Source: a bacterium (GTDB taxonomy: Bacteria > UBA10199 > 2-02-FULL-50-16 > JAJFLM01). From it: a stretch of 64,000 nt of DNA. Made by a program: the position numbers and the translations under genes. Under the pieces are notes generated by a model, which was given only the letters and a program-made list of their open reading frames with translations, ran no database searches and was not told the DNA's origin. This document shows positions 51,143 through 61,000 of the stretch, piece after piece. The stretch is taken from assembly GCA_965216315.1 (NCBI GenBank), contig CBDCFN010000016.1, positions 1,568,001-1,632,000 of the forward strand, in the 5' to 3' direction. The stretch's first letter is position 1, and each line of letters starts with the position of its first letter.

Positions 51143-52051
51143 TTATATATTTAAGTTAATCCACGGGAATTTGACGATATATTTAATGTTAAAACTCCAA
51201 CGCAACAGCATTTTGACGACGGTTCCCATCATGGTCAGCCATAAAAAAGCAACGATGCCATAGCGTACCACCCCAAGCTTCTGGATCGTTTCAAAACGCT
51301 TCACGCCCCATAAATAGAACGGAATCGCGAGCCCATAGTACAAACCAATCAACAGGGTGCCAAAAATCGCCCCACCCCAGTCACCGCGCAGGAAATCAAT
51401 CCCCGACACCTGAGCGACCAGTACGTTTAAATCTACATTCGTCAGCGCCACGACCTTGTGAGCGTCCCACTCCTGCCAAGGCATAAAGAAGTTCCAACCC
51501 GGACCCCGCATGAAGGTCCCGACAAAGATCAGCATGATCCAGAGGACGAGAAACCCGAAATTGAAGGTCAGCATGGCAAACGGCCGATCGCGGAAAGTAT
51601 AGTAGCCATTGCCCTTCGGATTGACGTCCACGTAAGGAATTACCATCAGGCCGATGATGATAAAAGTTGGCAGTACGACGCCAGCAAACCAGGGATCAAA
51701 ATAAACCAACATCTCCTGTAGGCCGAGAAAGTACCAAGGCGCCTTGGACGGGTTCGGTGTATTGGTTGGATTGGCGGGTTCCTCGAGTGGCGCATCGATA
51801 AAAATAGACCACACCGTCACGGCAATCAGGGTCAGCAGGCCGATGACGAACTCGACTTTTACGAGGTGAGGCCAGGTATGCACCTTGTCCTTCGACAAGG
51901 CCGCAGCTGGCGGCATCTTCGGCGGAACCGGGACCTTAGAGGGGCTCGCGTCGCCCCCTCCACCGGCAGAGCCGGACGGAGCCTCCCCCTCCCGCTCGCT
52001 TTGCTCGCTAGGCTTCGCCACTGCTTCTGGAATTATTGTTTCTTCTGCCAT
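51143..52051 (-). CDS. cytochrome b6 subunit IV-like protein (C-terminal half of split cytochrome b)
   Basis: TWPHL, APLEEPANP-x-x-TPNPSKAPWYFLGLQE and PYVD-x-NP motifs. Confidence 0.88.
   Translation of the reverse strand: MAEETIIPEAVAKPSEQSEREGEAPSGSAGGGGDASPSKVPVPPKMPPAAALSKDKVHTWPHLVKVEFVIGLLTLIAVTVWSIFIDAPLEEPANPTNTPNPSKAPWYFLGLQEMLVYFDPWFAGVVLPTFIIIGLMVIPYVDVNPKGNGYYTFRDRPFAMLTFNFGFLVLWIMLIFVGTFMRGPGWNFFMPWQEWDAHKVVALTNVDLNVLVAQVSGIDFLRGDWGGAIFGTLLIGLYYGLAIPFYLWGVKRFETIQKLGVVRYGIVAFLWLTMMGTVVKMLLRWSFNIKYIVKFPWINLNI
51940..52010. repeat. 71-nt structured repeat, copy B (in frame within the CDS)
   Basis: Homolog of 51042-51111; central hairpin CCGGC-AGA-GCCGG; encodes SEQSEREGEAPSGSAGGGGDASP. 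Confidence 0.85.
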
Positions 52052-52053
52052 AA

Positions 52054-52857
52054 TCACAACGGTCCGGATATTCCCCCGTCCTTACGGACGCGCCAGAAAT
52101 GTACGATGATGAATACCGCCGTTGCGACGGGTATAAATATGCAATGTAAAACGTAAAAACGCAGCAAGGTCGGCGCACCGACAACGGTTCCACCGAGCAG
52201 TACAGAACGCGCATCGTAGCGCGGCGTGATAACCCCCGTTAAGGCCTGCATCTGTTCCGCCATCGGGCCCTCATGACCGGCCAAGGGTGTAGCGCGCGCC
52301 ATATTTGTTCCGACGGTCACGGCCCAGATCGATAACTGATCCCAAGGCAAAAGATACCCGGTAAAGCTCAGCAAGAAGGTTAAAACTAATAAGATAACCC
52401 CGATGATCCAGTTGAACTCACGGGGGGGCTTATAAGAACCCGTCAAGAATACCCGAAACATGTGGAACATCACCATCATGACCATCAAATGGGCCGACCA
52501 GCGATGCATATTCCGCATGACCATGCCGAAAGGCACGTCAAACTGCAGATACTTCATGTCGACGTAGGCATATTCAGCAACCGGACGATAATAAAACATG
52601 AGAATAATGCCCGTAACCGTCAGGATAATAAAAAACAGGAAGGTCAATCCGCCCGCACACCAAGTATAGTTAATCTTAATAGAGTGACGACGCACTTTAG
52701 AAGGATGAAGATGCAAAAATACATTAGACGCCGTCATCAAGATACGATTACGCCCGGTATCTTTATAACCATGGCGAAAAATTGACTTCCAGACGTCCGA
52801 AGTCACAATCTGGCGACGAATTTCATCGGCCTTAGCCTTAAGCTCTACGAGACTCAT
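52054..52857 (-). CDS. qcrB: cytochrome b6-like subunit (N-terminal half)
   Basis: [34 protein letters not shown] and TLLRFYVLH motifs. Confidence 0.92.
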   Translation of the reverse strand: MSLVELKAKADEIRRQIVTSDVWKSIFRHGYKDTGRNRILMTASNVFLHLHPSKVRRHSIKINYTWCAGGLTFLFFIILTVTGIILMFYYRPVAEYAYVDMKYLQFDVPFGMVMRNMHRWSAHLMVMMVMFHMFRVFLTGSYKPPREFNWIIGVILLVLTFLLSFTGYLLPWDQLSIWAVTVGTNMARATPLAGHEGPMAEQMQALTGVITPRYDARSVLLGGTVVGAPTLLRFYVLHCIFIPVATAVFIIVHFWRVRKDGGISGPL

Positions 52858-52876
52858 ATCAACCCTACTTCCCCAA

Positions 52877-53419
52877 TTACGAATACTTTACGAACGAACC
52901 AGGTTTTCCCCACTCGCCTTTTTCATAGCGATACTTTTTACTTTTATCGACCAGTAACTCACCCTCGTCGTTAACCCATATTTTCAAGCGTTCCAGTGGT
53001 CGCGGCGCAGGCCCTTCAAAATTAATCCCTTTTTTAGTAAAACCACTTCCATGACAGGGGCATTTAAATTTACTCTCGAGACTAAGCCACCGCGGGGTAC
53101 AGCCGAGATGGGTGCAAATCGCTAAGAGCGCAACAATTTCAGTCGGCGTGCGTTCGATCCAAACTCGATATTCCGTCTTGTATTTTTCGCTGACTTCACC
53201 GACGACGTAATCCTCAGGCCGACCGACTTTAACGATGGGTGAGGGTTCGAACAAAACCCGTGGAAACATGAAACGAAGAAACGCCAGGAGTCCGAGCCCA
53301 ATACCACCCAAAAAAGCACCCCAACCCGCAAAGCCAAAAAAATCACGGCGCGTCCACAGATTGCGTTCGTCGCGATCCTTTTTGAGCTGTCCCGATTCTG
53401 GGATAGTACTGCCCGACAT
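52877..53419 (-). CDS. qcrA: Rieske iron-sulfur subunit
   Basis: Tat motif TRRDFF; CTHLGC, CPCHGS and GPAPRPL motifs. Confidence 0.94.
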   Translation of the reverse strand: MSGSTIPESGQLKKDRDERNLWTRRDFFGFAGWGAFLGGIGLGLLAFLRFMFPRVLFEPSPIVKVGRPEDYVVGEVSEKYKTEYRVWIERTPTEIVALLAICTHLGCTPRWLSLESKFKCPCHGSGFTKKGINFEGPAPRPLERLKIWVNDEGELLVDKSKKYRYEKGEWGKPGSFVKYS

Positions 53420-53477
53420 AACTTAGCTAACCCCTTGGAATTACTAGTAATTTTACACTGAGGCCGAAAGCGCTGAC

Positions 53478-53505
53478 ATACTAGCAATCTGACCTTTATT
53501 GTCAA
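53478..53505 (-). promoter_or_regulatory. sigma70 promoter of the Rieske/cytochrome b operon
   Basis: TTGACA-N16 (ending TGC)-TAGTAT. Confidence 0.55.
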
Positions 53506-53528
53506 GAATATGGGGCATTTGGCCTGAT

Positions 53529-54458
53529 TTAGCTCATAAAAACGACTGATCTGAGTACTTGACTCGCACTTTTTCCGACATCCACCCACTGGAGCTCCGG
53601 CTCTCCACGCAACCAGGTCAGCTGGCGTTTCGCATAGTGACGACTCGCTTGTTGGATCGCCGGAATCACTTGGTCCGCTGGGCGGACGCCCTCAAAAAGT
53701 TCGCGCCATTCACGATAACCAATGAGTTGAAATGCCGCGACCGCGCCACCCCATTTATCGAAAAGCCGTTGCGCTTCAGCTTGCCAACCTGCCGCAACCA
53801 TTCGCTCCACTCTCTCATTCACCCGCTTATAGAGCTCTTCGCGTTCACGCTGAAGCCCTATCATGACGTATTCATAGCGATGCTCTTGAAAGCGATGCGC
53901 CTGTTGATGATCTGAAATAGTCGTGCCGGTCTGCTCGTAAACTTCTAAGGCCCGCACGAGCCGAACGGGATCATTGGGATGAATGCGCTGGGCGGCTTCT
54001 GGATCAACTTCTTTAAGCCGGGCATGGAGCGCGCTTCCACCCTGCTGCTCAAATTCTTGTTGAAGTCGTTCTCGAATTTGCGGCTCAGGATCGGGCCCGC
54101 CAAACAGGCCCCGTAATAAGGCCTTTATATAGAAGGCTGTCCCCCCCACAACGAGCACCCGTTTGCCACGCTGGTGAATCTCTTGAATCGCCTGATCCGC
54201 TGCCCGCTGCCAGATCATCGCATCGGACTGAACATCGGCATCCCAAAGATCGATACAATGATGAGGGATACGAAGCTGCTCCTCTGCACTCGGCTTGGCC
54301 GTTCCAATATCGAATCGCCGATAAACCTGTCCCGCATCAGCACTCACAATCTCGGCATCCATCGCCTCCGCCATCTCAAGCGCCAATTCCGTCTTGCCGA
54401 CGCCCGTCGGACCACAGAGAATCAATAGTTTTTCCGCTATAGACACAGTATCCCGCAT
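53529..54458 (-). CDS. miaA: tRNA dimethylallyltransferase
   Basis: GPTGVGKT, DIGTAKP, VGGT, RALEV and YAKRQLTW motifs. Confidence 0.95.
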   Translation of the reverse strand: MRDTVSIAEKLLILCGPTGVGKTELALEMAEAMDAEIVSADAGQVYRRFDIGTAKPSAEEQLRIPHHCIDLWDADVQSDAMIWQRAADQAIQEIHQRGKRVLVVGGTAFYIKALLRGLFGGPDPEPQIRERLQQEFEQQGGSALHARLKEVDPEAAQRIHPNDPVRLVRALEVYEQTGTTISDHQQAHRFQEHRYEYVMIGLQREREELYKRVNERVERMVAAGWQAEAQRLFDKWGGAVAAFQLIGYREWRELFEGVRPADQVIPAIQQASRHYAKRQLTWLRGEPELQWVDVGKSASQVLRSVVFMS

Positions 54459-54476
54459 ATATTATGTTTAAAATCG

Positions 54477-56411
54477 ATGCCTACCAAAGAGATTTCAAGC
54501 TCTCAGAAGGCGGCCACAAAGGGACGAAACGCCCTGATGCGCATTGGCATGTGGTTCCAGCGCAATTGGCTCCGCTTTAAGCGCTGGATGACCAATTACC
54601 TTAAAAGTAAGGCCAAGAATTTCCCGACAATCCCCCCTAAATCACGGCGCAAAGTCGTCGAAGAGATAATCCGAAATCCCGTTTTTATCAAGGCAACGGA
54701 GCAATTTGTAAGGGAAACCGGTTTCTCGGCCGATGAAGTCCAGGAAAAAGCCCGCGAGTACGTCAAAGAGATTGCCTCGGACCTCAACTACCTCAGCTTT
54801 CCACTCTGGGACGTTCTGCTAACCTGGGTATTCAACAAACTCTATGACGGTCTCCTTATAGATGAAGAGTCACTCGAAAAAATAAAGGCTCATGTCGGCA
54901 AGGCCCCTATTGTATTCGTCCCCAACCATCGCTCACACATGGACTATTTGTTGCTCTCTTATGTATTTTATTACCGGCAACTCCCGATGCTTTATATCTG
55001 CGCGGGAAAAAATATGAATTTTTGGCCGTTAGGAACATTGTTTCGCAAATCAGGCGCGTTTTTCATCCGGCGCAGTTTTGAAGGGAACCGGCTCTACCAG
55101 GCAGCGCTTTACTCCTACCTTCATTATCTACTCAAGGAAAAAGCTTTATTGGAATTTTTCATTGAGGGAACACGGAGCCGAACCGGCAAACTGCTTTCTC
55201 CCAAGCTCGGCATCTTATCGCTTCTCGTCAAGGCCTTTCAAGAGCAGGAAGACATCAAAGACGTCGTCTTCGTTCCCACGTCTGTCGTCTATGAATCGGT
55301 GATCGAAGAGAGAACTTACGAAAGCGAATCTCAGGGCAGCACCAAAAAAAATGAGAGTATTTGGGACGTTTTTCGCATCCGCAAGTATCTACGTGGCCGC
55401 TACGGCAAGGTTTATATCCGTTTTGCGGAACCGATCTCGGTTAAAGAGCTGCCGGCAACACAAGGTGAAGACGAAAGCGATCTGTTTGTTCCGCGACTCG
55501 CCAATAAAATTGGTTATGCCATCAATAGACACACAGTCGTCACTCCGACTTCGTTGGTTGCTATGTCTATTCTCACTCATGCCAATCCCGTCATTACTCG
55601 CGATGAAATTGAACTGCGCTGTAATCGTTTTCTGGATTACTTAAAATATAAGAACGCGCCCGTTTCCGACCTGATCATCAAACATCCTAAGGAGACAATT
55701 GAGGCCGCTATCGAGCAGTTTGTCCACTCGCGCGTCTTAAAGGAGCATGAAGATGATGACGGCATTTTTTACCGGCTTCCTCATAGTCGCCGCCGTAATC
55801 TCGAATTTTACAAGAATACCGGGGTTCATTTTTTTACATCGGCCGCCGCCGTTGCAAACATCCTGAATGCCGAGGAGTCCGCGCTCGTCTCTCAGCAGAG
55901 AATCGAGTCCGATATTGTTTTTTTACGTGATTTATTCAGTGACGAGTTCCGCTTTAGCAGCAGGAAAAGCCTGCATGAGCACATCAGCGCCATACTCGAC
56001 TTTTTTACCCAACAGGGCATCATCCATCAGGAAGGAACGGATTATCGTGTCAATCCTGACAAGCATCTGCTCCAGGAATATGCCGCCCTGATAGACAGCA
56101 CTCTCTCATTTTATTGGGGCCTCTTTAAAGTCATCTCTAATCTTCCAGATGAGAGCTTTAGCGAAGCGGATATAGTCAATCGATTACAAGATCGAATCCG
56201 CCTCCTCCTGATGCGCCACTTCATAATGCGGCAGGAAGCCATCTCGACTTTCTCGGTCCGTAACGCCTTACAAACCTGCGTGCGTTTCGGTTTTCTTGCG
56301 ATGGAAAAGGAAACGTCGGGTCGTCGCGTGCGCCGCCGTTACAAAAAAGCCGACAACCCGCAACTCCATGAATTCATCGCACATCTGCAACGCTACGTCA
56401 GTGCGACCTAA
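54477..56411 (+). CDS. plsB: glycerol-3-phosphate acyltransferase (PlsB/GPAT/DHAPAT family)
   Basis: NHRSHMDYLL, GAFFIRRSF and FFIEGTRSRTGK motifs. Confidence 0.88.
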   Translation: MPTKEISSSQKAATKGRNALMRIGMWFQRNWLRFKRWMTNYLKSKAKNFPTIPPKSRRKVVEEIIRNPVFIKATEQFVRETGFSADEVQEKAREYVKEIASDLNYLSFPLWDVLLTWVFNKLYDGLLIDEESLEKIKAHVGKAPIVFVPNHRSHMDYLLLSYVFYYRQLPMLYICAGKNMNFWPLGTLFRKSGAFFIRRSFEGNRLYQAALYSYLHYLLKEKALLEFFIEGTRSRTGKLLSPKLGILSLLVKAFQEQEDIKDVVFVPTSVVYESVIEERTYESESQGSTKKNESIWDVFRIRKYLRGRYGKVYIRFAEPISVKELPATQGEDESDLFVPRLANKIGYAINRHTVVTPTSLVAMSILTHANPVITRDEIELRCNRFLDYLKYKNAPVSDLIIKHPKETIEAAIEQFVHSRVLKEHEDDDGIFYRLPHSRRRNLEFYKNTGVHFFTSAAAVANILNAEESALVSQQRIESDIVFLRDLFSDEFRFSSRKSLHEHISAILDFFTQQGIIHQEGTDYRVNPDKHLLQEYAALIDSTLSFYWGLFKVISNLPDESFSEADIVNRLQDRIRLLLMRHFIMRQEAISTFSVRNALQTCVRFGFLAMEKETSGRRVRRRYKKADNPQLHEFIAHLQRYVSAT

Positions 56412-56540
56412 CGCCAACGAACGCACCGCCTCCGCACATCCCCTCAGCGTCAGGAATCAGTGTGATTAAATAATAGGCAAAGTGAAGAACTAGTGATTTT
56501 ATAAACGAAAAAATTCTCGGCTCGCGCCCCAGCTAATAAG

Positions 56541-56655
56541 TTATCCACAGAAAATGGGGACAACTCACAGCCCAAAATCGCTAAAAATGCACTGATTATA
56601 CGCACTTAGAGTGACCATACATGACCATACATGACCATACACAGCTTTATCCACA
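56541..56655. promoter_or_regulatory. DnaA-box cluster
   Basis: TTATCCACA at 56541-56549 and 56647-56655; inverted degenerate box TGGGGACAA at 56555-56563. Confidence 0.55.
56612..56641. repeat. perfect 10-bp tandem repeat x3 (TGACCATACA)
   Basis: Directly visible in the sequence. Confidence 0.9.
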
Positions 56656-56666
56656 GCACATCTTTT

Positions 56667-56738
56667 GGGTCGACACATAGGTCGACCCCTACGTATAAAG
56701 AAGACCTATGCTGTAGGGGCAGACTCATGTGTCTGCCC
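56667..56738. repeat. inverted doublet of GTAG-type REP elements (REPIN-like)
   Basis: GTAGGGGTCGACCTATGTGTCGACCC (minus, 56667-56692) and GTAGGGGCAGACTCATGTGTCTGCCC (plus, 56713-56738). Confidence 0.75.
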
Positions 56739-56759
56739 TTTTATCAAAGGAGATTCCCC

Positions 56760-57908
56760 ATGCCAGAAGCTTATATCGTTGATGCCTGTCGGACCCCGCG
56801 CGCCAAACGCAAAGGTTCCTTAAGTTTCACTCACCCGATTGATGTCGCGGTCACGCCCCTCAAGGCCATTGTGGAACGGAACCAACTCGACCCCGCCCTC
56901 GTCGAAGATGTCATCTTTGGGTGTGTCTCCCAGCGAGAAGAGCAAGACAACGTCATCGCCCGCGAAGCCATTTTGGCCGCCGGCTTTCCGGAATCCGTGC
57001 CTGGATTTACGATCAATCGCTTCTGCGCCTCGGGACTCACGGCTTGTAATATGGCGGCTCATACGGTCATGGCGGGACAGGCGGACCTGGTCGTTGCCGG
57101 CGGCGTTGAACACATGACGCGAGTTCCGATGAATATTAATTTTGATATGAAAGGCTCGCTCCTTGCCGAACGCTATCCGAAACTTGTCCCGCAAGGCGTC
57201 AGCGCCGAGATGATTGCCGAAAAGTATCAGTTCACGCGCGATGAACTCGACGGCTTTGCAGTTGAAAGTCAGAAGCGCGCGGCCGAGGCATGGGAAAAAG
57301 GTAAGTTTGATCGCAGCATTATTCCCGTACAGGCCAAAGGGGAAGACGGGGCACGTTTTGAATTTAAACAAGACGAGCACATGCGTCCCGGCACGACCAA
57401 AGAAGCGCTGGCGGGCCTTAAGACTATCTTCAAGGAAGATGGCGGCGTCATCCACGCCGGCAACTCTTCAGGCATTGTCGACGGCGCCGCCGCGGTCATG
57501 TTTGCCTCTAAAAAGGCGTGTGAGCAATACGGGCTCAAGCCGCGCGCTAAAATCACCTCCACGCAAACCATCGGGTCGGAACCCATTATCATGTTACTCG
57601 GACCCATCCCCTGCACCGAAAAAATCTTGGCTAAAAGTGAGCTCAACATCGGTGACATCGATCTCTTTGAGGTCAACGAGGCCTTCGCACCGGTTCCGCT
57701 CGCGTGGTCCCGTGACATGAAGGCGTCGCTTGAGAAGACGAACGTCAATGGCGGGGCCATCGCCCTTGGGCATCCCCTCGGCGCAACCGGAGCGATGTTG
57801 TTGGGAACCTTGCTAGACGAATTGGAAGCCCAGGATAAAAAACGCGGTCTTGTAACCCTATGCGTTGGACTTGGTATGGCGAGTGCAACGATAATTGAAC
57901 GAGTGTAA
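56760..57908 (+). CDS. acetyl-CoA C-acyltransferase (thiolase)
   Basis: INRFCASG, EVNEAFA, NGGAIALGHPLGATG and LCVGLGM motifs; AAGGAG RBS. Confidence 0.95.
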   Translation: MPEAYIVDACRTPRAKRKGSLSFTHPIDVAVTPLKAIVERNQLDPALVEDVIFGCVSQREEQDNVIAREAILAAGFPESVPGFTINRFCASGLTACNMAAHTVMAGQADLVVAGGVEHMTRVPMNINFDMKGSLLAERYPKLVPQGVSAEMIAEKYQFTRDELDGFAVESQKRAAEAWEKGKFDRSIIPVQAKGEDGARFEFKQDEHMRPGTTKEALAGLKTIFKEDGGVIHAGNSSGIVDGAAAVMFASKKACEQYGLKPRAKITSTQTIGSEPIIMLLGPIPCTEKILAKSELNIGDIDLFEVNEAFAPVPLAWSRDMKASLEKTNVNGGAIALGHPLGATGAMLLGTLLDELEAQDKKRGLVTLCVGLGMASATIIERV

Positions 57909-58013
57909 GGCCCAACGTAATCGGTTGTGAACGAGGATCGGATTCATTCCGTCCGAGTGGAACCCTATTCGGGGTTTGGGGGTGTTGGGCGCAGCACACA
58001 CCCCCATTATGAA
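57909..58013. mobile_element. putative miniature structured element between duplicated thiolase 3' ends
   Basis: 105 nt with several hairpins, flanked by 45-nt imperfect direct repeats. Confidence 0.4.
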
Positions 58014-58058
58014 GTTGGACTTGGGATGGCAAGCGCGACGATTATTGAGAGGGTGTAG
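58014..58058 (+). repeat. second copy of the thiolase 3' end (VGLGMASATIIERV*)
   Basis: Matches 57864-57908 at 36 of 45 nt; all differences are synonymous. Confidence 0.9.
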
Positions 58059-61000
58059 CAGCGGATCGAAGCCGTTCATAGGCCTCACTTTCGTACCAAC
58101 TCTTTAACTCTTGCGTGATGACACCGCGGATGCGATCGGCAGAGACCACCGCTGTAAAAGAGCCATCGGCCTCCGCGCGCTCTAAGGTACTCATCCACCC
58201 AATCACGGTATCAACCATTTTTTCAGCCAATATACCCGCTTCCGATTCAGGCCGCCCTTGTTCAATCAGAATATGGGTCATCTGCCGCACCGTCGCCTTG
58301 TAAAATCCAATCCCCTTCCAACCCTTGGCATCCAATACCGCTTCATAAGAAGAAGGATCCGCGTAGACCTTAATATGACCTGCATCGGCTAGCGTTTCCA
58401 GTTTACGGAGATCAACCTCAGTCCCATCTTCTAACGGAACCTTCAATTTCATCCCCAATTCTTTCGCTACCGTGACCTTCATACCGCCTAGTACTTTCTT
58501 ACGTGGGCCAGCCCAAAGATAGACAGGGGCGGGATGATTGACAATGGCCGATAACAACCGCGCCCCATTCTGACCACTACCCGCCACCGACCGCGGATCA
58601 TATCCCGACGCCGCCAAATCACCGACAATGGGCACCCAGGGAAAGTGTTGGGTCATGAACTCGATAAAGCTGGCTAAGTCACCCGCCCCGCGCGGACTCA
58701 GTGTCATCGGTGGATTCCAGTTGAGGTCCTTTCTTGTCAGCTTATTGCCATCCGCATCATAAACTTCGCGGTCAATGTACTGAATGTCGCCCGCTTCATC
58801 CCGGGGAAATTCCATGATCATCTGGGCGCCAACGCCGGCGACGGGAAAGCCGCTCATGCGTGCCATCCCGGCGATGGCATAATGATCCGTGTCAGAAATG
58901 CGATTAAAGGTCCCGGCATCAAAAAGGGCTTCCAACTCGTCGGCCACATCATAGTTGCCACTCTGGGGATCAACCGGCAGACCAAGCTCCTTTCGTTCTT
59001 GATTCACGCGCGTTACGGACGCCTCAATACGGGCATTGATGTCATTTGATCCACGCGGCGTGAAAGGTCTCACCTCTGAAACGATTTCACTCAGCTGCTC
59101 CCAGCTATAAGGTTGTGTAATATCGGGTATGGTTTGGTTGGCCGGGTCGTCCAAGCCCTTTAACACGGCAAGCAAGGCATCCACTTCCGAATGAGCGACT
59201 TGAGTCGTCAGGCCTTCGGCCTTCATGCGGTTGGCCCCGCCTAATTCGATGGTATCGAAGAAGAGTGCCTGTCCGAATATATTGTTAATCGCATCGGCTC
59301 CCGTCAGCAACATGACAGCGCCATCTAATAAGGCACGCTCCGCCGCGCTCATTTCGTCTTCCCGAAGCTCGTTGTTCGGATCGCCTCGCTGAATGCGCAT
59401 GGCACGTGCCAGGATGTAAAGGTACATCCCGATGCCAACTACGGTCACGCGATTGCGGCCGCGCCCTTTCCCTCCCAGCACCGCACTAAACGTCGGAACT
59501 TCTGCAGCCGCTCGGGCCATCGCGCCCGCAGTCAAACCCGATCCCAATAAACTTTTTTGATTCACGCCACCTTGCAACAAACTACAGGGCCGAAAATTGG
59601 ATTGACCCTCCGCTCCTTCCCAATCTCCTTTAAAGACCTCCTGCCATGACGCTGCACCCAAGGCACGAACGACGGCCTCGACCTGCTTCGCCGTCAGATA
59701 AATATCCTCGCCAGTCTCATCACTGCTCAAACGCGCAGGCTGACCCGGATGACGCGGAATCAGCGCGTGAGGCAGGGCCATTTGCGCGCCGGGAGTTTCC
59801 GCCAAATAAATCGGCGGATACCCCTGTTGCCGGGCATATTCCATCGCCAGCCAAAAAAACTTGGCACTTTCAATATCAACCGCGGCTCTTTTGGCCACAG
59901 GATGAGTTGGGTCGTTCCCAATCACCACGCAAGTGATCCCTTCCGGGTGGTTCGGAAGTTTCAATCTCACCTGAAAAGCCGCTACCCCGGTCGGATTAAG
60001 CCCAGCGGGACGCCGGCCAATCCGAAAAAGGCCTTCATCATCGATATACATCTCTCGAATCGCATCCATGTCGAGTGGCGGCGCCGGTGATCCGACATCT
60101 TCCCATAATTTTTCATAGGCCTCGGGTAAAAGCCTTTGCACACGGTCATAAACAAACACCCCACCTAGATTTTTCGCCAAAGTCCGCCGTTTATCGATTG
60201 GAGATTTATCCTCCATTTGTTCTTCGGCATCACGGTAATCATCATCCGGGCTTAAATGAATATTACCCGTACGAAGCATGCGTTCTAATACATTGCGCCG
60301 AACCAAAACCCAACGTCTTCCACTGGGTGTCTCCGCCGAGACAATATACCGTACACTGACGAGGGGTGAACCGATATCAGTATCACTTATAAAGGTCAGG
60401 GCAGTTACACGTCGTGGCGGCATTCTCTCATCTAAGCTCACTTCAAGGCGGGCCTGAATCACAAGTTGTTCTAAATCGATGCCCGCTCGATCATAGGAAG
60501 ATTCTCTCGCAAAGGCGGCCATTAATTCTTCCCAGACAGCAGGAGTTTGATACTGAACACCTTCGACATAGATTCTCATGCGTTGCCATTGAGAAACTTC
60601 ACCCGTCTCCAACTGACGGTGCAATTCCTCACTCATGCGGCGATGGCGCCTCAACAGTCCGGGCATTCGGCCGTGCTTAGACACCAAGGCATCATCCGGG
60701 GCCAGTAAATACGAAGCCATATAAAGAGATGTTTGGTCGGACTGACTGCTATGGAGACGCAAGATCAACGCCGTTTTCACCTCAAAAGGCTGCACATAAT
60801 CAATGTGCCGGTAGTTGCCCAGACGTTGCAATCCGTAGCGATGCCCAAAGGCCGGATCGATCCCGAGCAATGCGGGATCTACCGCAAATGAGCGCTCGCC
60901 GGGCAATGTAATATGGTAACCCAAGCGAAATTTTTCCTGATCATAGCGCACCCGGTTACGTAGAGTAACGTATTGAGGCCTGTTACCCCGTCCCCGATCA

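Noticed and set aside
56612..56641. CRISPR array
   Set aside because: These are contiguous 10-bp repeats without spacers, and there are no cas genes.
56631..56759. N-terminal extension of the thiolase
   Set aside because: It translates repeats and REP DNA; the RBS-supported start is 56760.
57864..58058. Diversity-generating retroelement TR/VR pair
   Set aside because: Differences are not adenine-specific, all are silent, the repeat is only 45 nt and no reverse transcriptase is present.
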